Shown here: positions 1 through 9,879 of the stretch, piece by piece
Layout of the letters: each line of letters opens with the position of its first letter
Position numbering within the stretch: position 1 is the first letter of the stretch
Origin: an uncultured delta proteobacterium
Lineage (GTDB): Bacteria > Myxococcota_A > Polyangia > Palsa-1104
DNA: 64,000 bases
Direction: 5' to 3'
Assembly: GCA_963785725.1 (NCBI GenBank)
Contig: CAWAWS010000015.1
Coordinates: 288,001 to 352,000, forward strand
The notes under the pieces: generated by a model
The model's database searches: none
What the model saw: the letters and a program-made list of their open reading frames with translations, nothing else
What the model was told of the DNA's origin: nothing
Program-made: the position numbers and the translations under genes

Positions 1-297
1 GTCACCGTCACCAACATCTCGCGCGCCCTCGAAGAGCTGAAGGAGCAGGGCATCTGGATCGCCGGCGCCGTCGCTGCCGGCGGCTCGCAGGCGCCGTGGG
101 CCATCGACTTCACCGTGCCCATCGCGCTCGTGCTCGGCGCCGAAGGCAAAGGCATTCGCCCGCTCGTGCTGCGCGGCTGCGACCTGCAGGTGAGGATTCC
201 CATGAGCGGCAAAGTGGCGTCGCTGAACGTCGGCGCCGCCGGTGCGATGCTGCTGTACGAGATCGTCCGCCAACGCAGCACGAAGCCCGCCGGCTGA
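1..297 (+). CDS. rlmB: 23S rRNA (Gm2251) 2'-O-methyltransferase, TrmH/SpoU family (5'-truncated by window edge)
   Basis: Frame 1 reads VTNISRALEELKEQGIWIAG...LVLGAEGKGIR...IPMSGKVASLNVG, the SpoU motifs. Confidence 0.88.
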   Translation, partial: VTVTNISRALEELKEQGIWIAGAVAAGGSQAPWAIDFTVPIALVLGAEGKGIRPLVLRGCDLQVRIPMSGKVASLNVGAAGAMLLYEIVRQRSTKPAG

Positions 298-318
298 CGT
301 GAGCGCGGTCGCCGTCGC

Positions 319-1752
319 GTGGCTCGTCACGTGAGGAGACCGCGCCTGGTCGCCGGCGTGTCGCGCTTCGTGCGCGCCTACGCGCTGGCGCTGGCCGCCG
401 CGCTAGCCGTCGGCGCCAGCAGCGCCTGGCTGCTCTTGCATCGGCCCATCGTCGGCATCGCCGACAACCGCGACTTCTGGCGCGTCATGGTCCCGTCGGG
501 GATCGCCTACTGCGACAACCTGGAAGCGACCGTCTTCCGCTTCATCCAAGAGTGTCTCGTCGTCGCGCCGCCGCACCACATCGACTACCTGACGTCGGAG
601 CTGCTCTTCACCAAGCTGGCCATGTTCATCCAGCGCCACTTCGTCGGCGGCGATCGCTTCAGCTTGCGGCTCGTCGGCGCCGTGCACTTGCCGTTCTATC
701 TCGTCGCCATCGCGCTCTTCGTGGCCGCGCAGCGTCGTCGCAGCCGGGCCGCGCAGCTCGCGGTCGCGGCGCTGAGCGTCCTCGTCTTCTGCGACGTGCA
801 GCTCGTGGCGCACTTCAACTCGTTTTACAGCGAGAGCGCGTCGCTCATCTTCGGCCTCTTCGTGGCCGCGTTCGCGCTCTGGGCCTGCGATCCATCGCCG
901 GCGCCGCGTGCGCGCTGGCTGAGCTATGGCTGCTTCATCGTCGCCAGCGTCCTCTTTGCCGTCGCCAAGTCGCAGAACCTCGTGTTCCTGTTCGCGCTGG
1001 CGCCGCTGAGCTATGCGCTCTTTCCCTCGCCGCGCACCGCTTCGCAGCCCGGTTCGATGGCCGCTTCGATCTTCGTGGGCGGCCGTCGCCGCGTCGTGGC
1101 GCTGCTCGTGGCGGTTGCGCTCGTGGCTATCGTCCCCTGCGCGCTCGGGTCGCACGCCTACGACGCCACGCGCGGCGTCAACGTGCGCGTGCACCTCGAC
1201 GAAGAGCTGCTGCCCAATTCGCCGACGCCCAATCGCGATCGCCTGGAGCTCGCCATCCGCGGCCACGACTACCGCAACGTCTCAATCGGCAGCCTGGCGC
1301 GCTTTTACCTGCGTCATCCGCTGCGCTGGTGGCGCCTCGCGAGCCGCGTCATGCGCGTCGCCTTCTCTTACGGCCTCTACGGCAGCTACGATCGCTCGGC
1401 CGGCGAGCCGCCTTTCACCATGAGCCGCCGGTTCGCCGTCTGGAGCGAGCTCAACCACGACTGGGCGCCGCGCTGGCTGCCCCTCGACCTCGTCATCGCC
1501 CTGGCGCTGGCGTTGGCGTGGATCCGCCGCGCGCGCTCGCCGGTCGTCGCCCTCGCCGATCGTCGCCGCGCGCTCGTCGGCTTGGCGCTGCTCGCCGGCG
1601 CCGTCGGCGAATTCATCGTCACCATCACCTTCGAGGCCAACGGCAACGTCAAGCACCTGTTCATCTTCAACGTCGTTGTCTACATCGTCGTGATCTTGGC
1701 CGTCAGCGACGTCGTCGATTGGCTCGTCGGCAGGCGCCGCGGCCAGTCGTAG
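319..1752 (+). CDS. Multi-pass membrane protein, WsfD-like putative GT-C glycosyltransferase
   Basis: About 10 hydrophobic segments; IVGIADNRDFWRV and FNSFYSE motifs resemble WsfD-like proteins. Start uncertain (319 or 331). Confidence 0.55.
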   Translation: MARHVRRPRLVAGVSRFVRAYALALAAALAVGASSAWLLLHRPIVGIADNRDFWRVMVPSGIAYCDNLEATVFRFIQECLVVAPPHHIDYLTSELLFTKLAMFIQRHFVGGDRFSLRLVGAVHLPFYLVAIALFVAAQRRRSRAAQLAVAALSVLVFCDVQLVAHFNSFYSESASLIFGLFVAAFALWACDPSPAPRARWLSYGCFIVASVLFAVAKSQNLVFLFALAPLSYALFPSPRTASQPGSMAASIFVGGRRRVVALLVAVALVAIVPCALGSHAYDATRGVNVRVHLDEELLPNSPTPNRDRLELAIRGHDYRNVSIGSLARFYLRHPLRWWRLASRVMRVAFSYGLYGSYDRSAGEPPFTMSRRFAVWSELNHDWAPRWLPLDLVIALALALAWIRRARSPVVALADRRRALVGLALLAGAVGEFIVTITFEANGNVKHLFIFNVVVYIVVILAVSDVVDWLVGRRRGQS

Positions 1753-1809
1753 GCGATTACGAGCATCGATTCGCTTGAACGCGGGCGCCCCTGTGCTTAC
1801 GCTGCGCGC

Positions 1810-4497
1810 ATGCCCAAATTCGTATTCTCCTTCGGCAACGGCTCGGCCGAAGGTGACGGCGACCTGAAGAACCTGCTCGGCGGCAAGGGCTCGGGCCTGG
1901 CCGAGATGAACCGCCTCGGCATCCCGGTGCCGCCCGGCTTCACCATCACCACCGAAGTCTGTACCTATTATTATGCCAATCGCCGCAGCTACCCGCCCGA
2001 GCTCGAGGCCCAGCTGCGCGCCGCCGTCGCCCATGTCGAGCAGCTCGTGGGCGGCCCCAAGTTCGGCGACGCCCACGACCCCTTGCTCGTCAGCGTCCGC
2101 TCGGGCGCGCGCGTGTCGATGCCGGGCATGATGGACACCGTCCTCAACTTGGGCCTCAACGACGCCACCGTCGAAGGCCTGGCCAAGCGTTCGGGCTCGC
2201 CGCGCTTCGCCTGGGATTCCTATCGCCGCTTCGTGCAGATGTACGGCGACGTCGTGCTCGGCCTCAAGCCCGAAGGCAAGAACGAGATCGATCCCTTCGA
2301 GGCGATCCTCGAGCGCAAAAAAGAGACGCGCGGCGTGCATCTCGACACCGAGCTGACCGAGCGCGATCTGCGCGAGCTGGTGACCGAGTTCAAGGCCGAG
2401 ATCAAGCTGCGCAAAGGGCTCGATTTCCCCGACGATCCGTGGGCGCAGCTGCACGGCGCCATCGGTGCCGTCTTCGGCAGCTGGGACAACCCGCGCGCCG
2501 TCACCTATCGCAAGATGTACAACATCCCGTCGGAGTGGGGCACCGCCGTCACCGTGCAGGCGATGGTCTTCGGCAACCTAGGCGACGATTGCGCCACCGG
2601 CGTCGCCTTCACGCGCGATCCGTCGACGGGCGAGCGCCGCTTCTTCGGCGAGTACCTCATCAACGCGCAGGGCGAGGACGTCGTCGCCGGCATTCGCACG
2701 CCGCAGCCCATCAACATCGCCAGCAAACACGGCGCCGACGAAGTGTCGCTCGAAGAGGCGATTCCCGCCGCTTATCAGGATCTCGTGCGCACCTACGAGC
2801 GGCTCGAGCAGCACTACCGCGACATGCAGGACATCGAGTTCACGATCCAGAAGGGCAAGCTGTGGATGCTGCAGACGCGCTCGGGCAAGCGCACGGCCAA
2901 GGCGATGGTGCGCATCGCCGTCGAGATGGTGGCCGAGAAGATGATCACCGCCGACGAAGCGGTCTTGCGCGTCGACCCGGCCAAGATCGACGAGCTGCTC
3001 CATCCGATGCTCGATCCCAAGGCGGACAAGAAGATCATCGCGCGCGGGCTGCCGGCGTCGCCGGGCGCGGCCGTCGGCAAGGTCGTCTTCCACGCCGATG
3101 ACGCCGTCGCCGAGGCGCAAAAGGGCGAGCGCGTGGTGCTGGTGCGCGTCGAGACGTCGCCCGAGGACATCCACGGCATGACGGCGGCGCAGGGCATCCT
3201 GACGGCGCGCGGCGGCATGACGTCGCACGCCGCCGTCGTCGCGCGCGGCATGGGCAAGTGCTGCGTGGCCGGCTCGAGCAGCATCAACGTCGACTACGGC
3301 AAGCAGCAGTTCTCGGTCAACGCCGACGGCAAATTGCTGGTCGTGCGCAAAGGCGACGTCATCTCGCTCGACGGCGCCAAAGGCGAGGTCATCTTGGGCG
3401 CCGTGCCCATGTCGGCGCCCGAGCTCGACGACGATTACCGCCAGCTCATGCGCTGGGTCGACGAGCGCCGCAAGCTCAAGGTGCGCACCAACGCCGACAC
3501 GCCCACCGACGCCAAGACCGCGCGCAACTACGGCGCCGAAGGCATCGGGCTATGCCGCACCGAGCACATGTTCTTCGCCGAGGACAAGATCTTCGCCGTG
3601 CGCGAGATGATCCTGGCCGACAACGTGCAGCAGCGGCGGCGCGCGCTCGACAAGATCCTGCCGATGCAAGAGGCGGACTTCGTCGGCATCTTCCGCGCGA
3701 TGGACGGCCTGCCGGTGACGATCCGCTTGCTCGATCCGCCGCTGCACGAGTTCTTGCCGCAGGAAACGGCGCAGATCGACATCGTGGCGCAGGAGCTGGG
3801 CGTGTCGGCGGCGGTGGTGCGCGCGCGCGTCGCGGCGTTGCACGAGTCGAACCCGATGCTCGGCCATCGCGGCTGCCGCCTGGCGATGACGAATCCCGAG
3901 ATTTACGAGACCCAAGTGCGCGCCATCATGCAAGCGGCGGTGACCGTGGCCGGGGAAGGCGCGACCGTCCTGCCCGAGATCATGATTCCGATCATCGGGC
4001 ACGAGCGCGAGCTCGCGATCATGAAGGAGCTGGTCGTGCGCGTGGCCGACGCCGTCTTGGCCGAGCGCAAGTCGAAGCTGCCCTATCTCGTCGGCACCAT
4101 GATCGAGCTGCCGCGCGCCTGCGTCGTCGCCGACAAGCTCGCCAAAGAGGCGCAGTTCTTCAGCTTCGGCACCAACGACCTGACCCAGACGACGCTCGGC
4201 GTCTCGCGCGACGACGCCGCCAGCTTCCTCGGCGAGTACGTGCGCCGCGGCGTCTATCCCGTCGATCCGTTCGTCGCCATCGATCAAGAGGGCATGGGCC
4301 AGCTCATCGCCATGGGCGTCGAGCGCGGCCGCAAGACGCGGCCCGACCTCAAGATCGGCATCTGCGGCGAGCACGGCGGCGAGCCGTCGTCGGTGGCGTT
4401 CTGCCACGATCTCGGCTTCGACTACGTCAGCTGCTCGCCGTTCCGCGTGCCGATCGCGCGGCTGGCCGCGGCCCAGGCGGCGCTGCAAAAGCGGTAG
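1810..4497 (+). CDS. ppdK: Pyruvate, phosphate dikinase
   Basis: 895 aa; LLGGKG, GGMTSHAAVVARG (phospho-His), GIGLCRTEHMF, FSFGTNDLTQ, GICGEHGG. Confidence 0.97.
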   Translation: MPKFVFSFGNGSAEGDGDLKNLLGGKGSGLAEMNRLGIPVPPGFTITTEVCTYYYANRRSYPPELEAQLRAAVAHVEQLVGGPKFGDAHDPLLVSVRSGARVSMPGMMDTVLNLGLNDATVEGLAKRSGSPRFAWDSYRRFVQMYGDVVLGLKPEGKNEIDPFEAILERKKETRGVHLDTELTERDLRELVTEFKAEIKLRKGLDFPDDPWAQLHGAIGAVFGSWDNPRAVTYRKMYNIPSEWGTAVTVQAMVFGNLGDDCATGVAFTRDPSTGERRFFGEYLINAQGEDVVAGIRTPQPINIASKHGADEVSLEEAIPAAYQDLVRTYERLEQHYRDMQDIEFTIQKGKLWMLQTRSGKRTAKAMVRIAVEMVAEKMITADEAVLRVDPAKIDELLHPMLDPKADKKIIARGLPASPGAAVGKVVFHADDAVAEAQKGERVVLVRVETSPEDIHGMTAAQGILTARGGMTSHAAVVARGMGKCCVAGSSSINVDYGKQQFSVNADGKLLVVRKGDVISLDGAKGEVILGAVPMSAPELDDDYRQLMRWVDERRKLKVRTNADTPTDAKTARNYGAEGIGLCRTEHMFFAEDKIFAVREMILADNVQQRRRALDKILPMQEADFVGIFRAMDGLPVTIRLLDPPLHEFLPQETAQIDIVAQELGVSAAVVRARVAALHESNPMLGHRGCRLAMTNPEIYETQVRAIMQAAVTVAGEGATVLPEIMIPIIGHERELAIMKELVVRVADAVLAERKSKLPYLVGTMIELPRACVVADKLAKEAQFFSFGTNDLTQTTLGVSRDDAASFLGEYVRRGVYPVDPFVAIDQEGMGQLIAMGVERGRKTRPDLKIGICGEHGGEPSSVAFCHDLGFDYVSCSPFRVPIARLAAAQAALQKR

Positions 4498-4556
4498 ACA
4501 ACAATCGGTCCCTCGGGCAACCTTCCGCCCACATTAATGCTCCAAGCCTTCGATTG

Positions 4557-6278
4557 ATGCGTACTTACCTCCTCTTATTGGCGGTGACGGCGACCGGCTG
4601 CCACTGGGCTTTGAACGAGCCGGGCACCGATCCGGAGCCGGCGCAGTTTTACTTCCCGACCGGCATCGCCGTCGATCCGTCGCATCGCTTCGCGTACATC
4701 ACCAACGGTAACGCCGACCTGCGCTACGGCGGCGGCACCGTGCAGATGGTCGACCTGCTGCGCGTCGAGTGCGCCATCAGCACGCTGCGGTCGGCCTTTC
4801 CCGGCTCCGGCTTGACGCCGATTCCGATGCCGGCCGAATGCGCGGCGCATGGCCCGGGCTCGGCCGACGACTGGAGCAACGACACCGATCCGACACAGCA
4901 CAAGTGGTGTCAGCCCGATCCGGTCGATCCGACCATCGTCGACTGTGACGAGACGCCGTTCATCGTCGAGAACCAGACCGTCAAAGTCGGCAACTTCGCC
5001 GGCGACATCGCGATGGCGCTCGATCCGCCGGGCGGGCCATCGACGAACGGCCTGGATGCCTCCTTGCATCGCCGGCTGTTCATCGCGGTGCGCGGCGATC
5101 CGTCGGTCACTTACATCGACGTGAACTTGCCGCCGACGCTGATGGCGACGAGCCAGTTCCAGGTTGCGCCGGCCGTTCCGGCCGATCGCGTGACGAACTG
5201 CTTCGATCCGACCACCGCGCTCGCGACGCTGGACGGCATCGACGCCGCGACCAAGGTCGTGACCAAGCCGCCGGGCTGCGACTCCGACTTCCTCGTGCAG
5301 CGCGATCGCTGCGACACCTATCCGTTCTGCCAGGCCGGCAAAGACGGGCAGGGCGAGGCGCAGCTGCCGACGGAGCCGTTCGGCATGCGCTTCGACCAGA
5401 ACACCGGCACCGACGGCAGCACGCCCTACAATCGTTTGCTCGTCTCGGCTTTGGATACGGGGCAGGTGTCGATCATCGACATCACCGGCTTCCCGCGGCT
5501 GACCGGCTCGTCGCCGGCGTTCTTCGTGCCCAACTCGCAAGGGCAGCACGGCGCCTTCGCGATGGCGGCGCGCACGCCCGGCGATCCGTCGAGCCTCTGG
5601 TACCTGTCGTCGAACATCTCGTCGTCGTTGGATACGTTCCGCGTCGCCGCCGCCGACTTGATCGTGCCCGGCGACTCGGTGCCGTTCAACACCACGTTCA
5701 TCCTCGGTAACGACTTCCGCGCCATCGAGTTCGATCCGACCGGCGATCGCGCCTTCATCACCGGCAACGCGCCGCCGACGCTCATCACCCTCGATACGCA
5801 CATCGAGGCGGAGCCCAACGGCAACATGCCGGCGAACGTCGTCTCCAGCGTCATCGACATCTGCCAGACGCCGTCGCACATGAAGATCCGCCGCCTGCTC
5901 GCCGCCGGCGCGCCCGGCACGTCGACGCTCATCAAGACGGCGATCATGGTCGTCTGCTTCCTGTCGAGCCAGATCATGATGGTCGATCCCGACGGCGTCG
6001 GCGTCACCGACACGATCTTCTCCGGCTTCGGCGGCCCCAACCAGCTCGACGTCAACTTCGGCAACTTCGACGACACGCCGCCGCCGGCGACCGTCTGGGA
6101 CGTGAATCTGCCCTGGCGCGGCTACGTGACGAACTACCTCGAATCGACGCTGGCCGTGGTCGACCTCGATCCCGGCAGCCCGACGTACAACCACGTCATC
6201 GGACGCATCGGCAATCCGCCGACCGGGCCGCAGTCGACCGGACCGACCCGCAAGGTTCCACCGGACACCAATAATTGA
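4557..6278 (+). CDS. Lipoprotein, putative beta-propeller (YncE-like)
   Basis: ATG 4557 gives MRTYLLLLAVTATG-C lipobox; FYFPTGIAVDP, AYITNGN, GYVTNY..STLAVVDLDP blade-like motifs. The upstream part of the track ORF is a ppdK shadow. Confidence 0.75.
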   Translation: MRTYLLLLAVTATGCHWALNEPGTDPEPAQFYFPTGIAVDPSHRFAYITNGNADLRYGGGTVQMVDLLRVECAISTLRSAFPGSGLTPIPMPAECAAHGPGSADDWSNDTDPTQHKWCQPDPVDPTIVDCDETPFIVENQTVKVGNFAGDIAMALDPPGGPSTNGLDASLHRRLFIAVRGDPSVTYIDVNLPPTLMATSQFQVAPAVPADRVTNCFDPTTALATLDGIDAATKVVTKPPGCDSDFLVQRDRCDTYPFCQAGKDGQGEAQLPTEPFGMRFDQNTGTDGSTPYNRLLVSALDTGQVSIIDITGFPRLTGSSPAFFVPNSQGQHGAFAMAARTPGDPSSLWYLSSNISSSLDTFRVAAADLIVPGDSVPFNTTFILGNDFRAIEFDPTGDRAFITGNAPPTLITLDTHIEAEPNGNMPANVVSSVIDICQTPSHMKIRRLLAAGAPGTSTLIKTAIMVVCFLSSQIMMVDPDGVGVTDTIFSGFGGPNQLDVNFGNFDDTPPPATVWDVNLPWRGYVTNYLESTLAVVDLDPGSPTYNHVIGRIGNPPTGPQSTGPTRKVPPDTNN

Positions 6279-9200
6279 TGAAGCGCGTCATCTCCATTCT
6301 CGCAATCGTCACCGCTTCGGCGGTTTGGATCGGCGTCAGCGCGTGCAATACGGCCGTCATTCAGACGCCGACGCGCAGCTTCGATCGTCCCTCGGACGTC
6401 GCGCTCAGCTGCTTGCAGTGGGACACGGCCGGCGCCGAGTCGACGTGGACCTACGACGTGCGTCCGCTGGTCGACTGCAATCCCGACGTCGCCACCTCGC
6501 ACTCGCTCACCGGCGACATGGGCTTGGCGACGTCGCCGACGCTGGGGCCGAACCCGAACGCGACGTTCCTCATCACGCTGGTGGCGCAGTCGGCGCGCGG
6601 TGAAGTGGCGTTCGCCGACACCGTGCAGAACAAGCTCATCGACCTCGATCCGCTGAAGCCGAGCTTCGGCTTTTTGCCGGTCGGCGAGCTGCCCGAGCAC
6701 ATCCGCTCGTCGAGCGACGGCTGCTTCGCGTACACCGCCAACACCGGCTCGTGCGACTTCGGCCGCGTCGACATCAACGCCGCCATCAACCACTCGCAGC
6801 GCGTCGAAGTCACCGGCGGCAAGGGCGACTTGGCGTACGACGATCTCGCCGTCGGCGCCACGCGCATCAAACCCTGGGTGCTGCTGGCCGATGGCACGAC
6901 GAGGCGCTACTTGGCGGCGCGTCCGTCGTGGATCGAGATGGCCCCCGACTTCGACGGCGAGCCGGCGATCCACGGCTTCGAGCAAAACCGCCTCGACGGT
7001 CAGAAGGCCGTCGCGGGCATGTGCTACGGCGGCGTGCACAAAGCGTGGGTCGCCTTCCCCAATTGCCAGCTCGTCGCCAAAATCGATCTCGAAGGTCCGA
7101 TGCCTGCGGGCATGAATTTCCCGCAAACGTTCGATGCCAGCGCTGCCGGTCGGATCGAGCAGGCGATTCAGGTGACGCGCACCGGCGCCACCGTCGTCAG
7201 CGATCTGACGACGATCACCTGCGCCGCCGAATGCACGACGCCGACCAGCGCCGGTAGCGACATGGCGCTGCCGCCGCCCGTCGATGCCGCCGTCGCCGAT
7301 GCCGGCGCCGGCATCCCGATTCCGACGACGCAAGCGGCGCCGACGACGCTCTCGATCGACACCGGCGACGCGCCCAACACCGGCGGCCGCATCATCATCG
7401 GCGACGCCTACGGCGAGCGCCTCGACATCATCCCGATCTCGAAGCCGACGACCGATCCGGGCGTGCCGGTGGCCGACCCGACCGCCAACATCGGTACGCC
7501 GACGGCGGTGCAGCTCGAGACCGGCGCGCTCGGCGTCACCGTCGTGCGCGTGAGCCCGCGCTCGCCCGCCGGCAAGTTCGTCTACGCCATCGCCCGCGAC
7601 GGCACCGTGCGCGTCGTCGACCTCGATCGCGGGCTCGAGTGCGAGACCAACATCGACCCGCGCTTCGCCGGCGGCGGCATCGACCTGCAGCAGACGCCGC
7701 ACAGCACGCCGCCGCTGATGGCCGATCCGGTGCCGCTGGCGCGCCGGCTCGGCTGCTTCCCGCTCAACGATCCGACCGATCCCGTCAAGCCGCGGCGCAA
7801 CTCGAAGGCGCGCTCGCCCGGCATCACGCTGTCGACGGGGCAGCTGCCGACCGACGTCGCGTTCGTGCACGTGTCGTTGCCGGCCGGAACCAGCGACACG
7901 AGCATCGTGCCGCTGCCGGCGGCGCCCGGCCTCCTCGTCGGCGACTTCGCCTGGATCATCAGCAGCGACGGCCGCGGCGAGGTCGTGCAGATCTTCGACG
8001 ACTGCCCGCAGCCGAATCAGCAGAACCTCAACCTGACGACGGGCCCCTTCAAGTACGGCGTCTGCGACTTGAACAACGTGCCGTTCGCGATCACGCAGAC
8101 CGAAGAGCAATACGGCCATCCGGAAGCGCTCTTGTACGATCGCATCTCGCATCGTCTGCGTGGCGGCCATCCGCGGTTCGAGCAGCCGCTGACGTTCAGC
8201 GACTTGACCGGCATGGCGCGCATCGCCGACGAGACCCAGCCGTTCGGCGTGGCTGTGCCGTCGACGTCGCAGGCCGACGGCGGCACCGGTGACGCCGGCA
8301 TCTCGGCCAACCTGCCCGCCTTCTACGCCGAGAACGTGCCGTCGTACCTCATCGGCGACGACATCTCGTCGGCCGACGTGTTCCCGACGCGCATCGTCCG
8401 GTTCATCTCGCCCGACGACGCGCTCAACGAGTCGTGGGTCGCGCAGTGGGAAGGCGTCATCCCCGGCAGCGATCGCACGCTCGGCCATCCGTTCGTCGAC
8501 ACCGACGGCATCGGCAAGCTGACCGACTCGGGCGGCGCCTGGTGCAGCCGCGGCGTGCTCGCCGGCGACAAGCTCCGTATCAGCGGCTGCGCGTCCGACG
8601 CCGACTGCAACCAGGCGCAGGTCAAGAACTTCGGCGACATGGGCTACGGCCACCAAGCCGACCTCGGCGTCGGTCCCGTCGGCGGCCCCACCGGCTACAA
8701 CAACTTCCGCTGCGTCACCGATCCCAACTCGCCTCCCGACGTCTTCGACGGCCTGTGCCTCGTCGTCGACAACGTGCATGACGACAACTACTGGAGCGAC
8801 ACCTGCGGCGAGCTCTTGCGCTCGCAGCGCAAATACCGCATCACGTCCGCGCGCCAGAACCAGGCGCTCAACAACGGCGAAGGCATCACCGACGTCCTTC
8901 AGGTCGCCGAAATCTACGAGCCCGAGTACGCCGAGCAGACGCACAGCTGCACCTCGGACAGTCAATGCGGCGACGTCACCGTGCCCGCCGCCGACGGCTC
9001 GACCGTGCTGCCGTCGAAGTGCCTGCCCGACTTCGACGGCACCAACCGCTGCCTCATTCCCTGCAGCAGCGCCAACGGAAGCCTGTGCGGTCAAGACTTC
9101 GAGTGCCTGCCGGCGCAGAACTTCGGCGACGAGCGCTGCATGCGCGCGCCGGTGAACCCGACGCTGTGGCACACCTGCTTCCCCGAGCTGCTCGAGTACG

Positions 9201-9793
9201 AGATTCAGACCGGCGACTCGTTCCTCATGACCGGCTCGGTCACGCCCTTCCTCAGCGACGAGACCACCGACGCCAACGGCGAGTGCATCGTGCCGCCGGT
9301 GACCGCGGTGTCGAACACCAGCGAGTACATTCGCCTGCACAACTCGCGCGTGCCGCTGTCGCCGACGAACCCCGATGGCTCGCCGCTCATGTGCACGTCG
9401 ACGTCGCCGCTCGACTCGATCGACGTCACGAAGCTGCCGGGCTCCAACGTCTGCCGCCTCGATCAGGTCGGCAGCCGAATCCTGCACTTCGAGAACGGCA
9501 CGTTCAACACGGCGCTGCAGGTGCCGACGCAGGGCTTCTCGACGCAGCTCCTGGTGCCGCCCGACGGCACGGTGCTGTCGATGGCGTTCGTCGGCGGCGG
9601 GGCGCGCCTGCTCGCCAACCTCGCCATCGACGTGCAGGCGCAGCAGCCGCGCTACGTCACGGTCGCGCCCGACGCCCAGACGGTCTACGTCGTCGACGAG
9701 GGCTTGGCCTCGACCGCGACCGGCCTCCAAGGCCAGCTCTTCCGCCTGTTCACGCCGACCCAGTCGGTCGATCCGCTCTTCGAAATCCGCTAG
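6278..9793 (+). CDS. Large Cys-rich lipoprotein with beta-propeller-like segments
   Basis: TGATG overlap with previous gene; lipobox VSA-C; CxSDxxC repeats; C-terminal PRYVTVAPDAQTVYVVDEG. Confidence 0.78.
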   Translation: MKRVISILAIVTASAVWIGVSACNTAVIQTPTRSFDRPSDVALSCLQWDTAGAESTWTYDVRPLVDCNPDVATSHSLTGDMGLATSPTLGPNPNATFLITLVAQSARGEVAFADTVQNKLIDLDPLKPSFGFLPVGELPEHIRSSSDGCFAYTANTGSCDFGRVDINAAINHSQRVEVTGGKGDLAYDDLAVGATRIKPWVLLADGTTRRYLAARPSWIEMAPDFDGEPAIHGFEQNRLDGQKAVAGMCYGGVHKAWVAFPNCQLVAKIDLEGPMPAGMNFPQTFDASAAGRIEQAIQVTRTGATVVSDLTTITCAAECTTPTSAGSDMALPPPVDAAVADAGAGIPIPTTQAAPTTLSIDTGDAPNTGGRIIIGDAYGERLDIIPISKPTTDPGVPVADPTANIGTPTAVQLETGALGVTVVRVSPRSPAGKFVYAIARDGTVRVVDLDRGLECETNIDPRFAGGGIDLQQTPHSTPPLMADPVPLARRLGCFPLNDPTDPVKPRRNSKARSPGITLSTGQLPTDVAFVHVSLPAGTSDTSIVPLPAAPGLLVGDFAWIISSDGRGEVVQIFDDCPQPNQQNLNLTTGPFKYGVCDLNNVPFAITQTEEQYGHPEALLYDRISHRLRGGHPRFEQPLTFSDLTGMARIADETQPFGVAVPSTSQADGGTGDAGISANLPAFYAENVPSYLIGDDISSADVFPTRIVRFISPDDALNESWVAQWEGVIPGSDRTLGHPFVDTDGIGKLTDSGGAWCSRGVLAGDKLRISGCASDADCNQAQVKNFGDMGYGHQADLGVGPVGGPTGYNNFRCVTDPNSPPDVFDGLCLVVDNVHDDNYWSDTCGELLRSQRKYRITSARQNQALNNGEGITDVLQVAEIYEPEYAEQTHSCTSDSQCGDVTVPAADGSTVLPSKCLPDFDGTNRCLIPCSSANGSLCGQDFECLPAQNFGDERCMRAPVNPTLWHTCFPELLEYEIQTGDSFLMTGSVTPFLSDETTDANGECIVPPVTAVSNTSEYIRLHNSRVPLSPTNPDGSPLMCTSTSPLDSIDVTKLPGSNVCRLDQVGSRILHFENGTFNTALQVPTQGFSTQLLVPPDGTVLSMAFVGGGARLLANLAIDVQAQQPRYVTVAPDAQTVYVVDEGLASTATGLQGQLFRLFTPTQSVDPLFEIR

Positions 9794-9879
9794 CTCATTC
9801 GAAAATTCAAGATCGCGTAGGCAAAAATTTGCGTCGGCTCGCATTCGCTGATGTCATGTAGGCGAGTGTAGGAGACGCC

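Noticed and set aside
299..334. 11-aa ORF (MSAVAVAWLVT) after rlmB as a fourth mini-ORF element
   Set aside because: It does not overlap the upstream stop and lacks the MSER-x-RA and SxG motifs; may be chance.
3258..4556. N-terminal extension of the 1006-aa track ORF
   Set aside because: Arg-rich shadow frame of ppdK; the real gene starts at the lipoprotein signal at 4557.
6134..9844. 1236-aa antisense ORF and many other long overlapping ORFs
   Set aside because: Expected stop-poor shadow frames in high-GC DNA, with no recognisable motifs.
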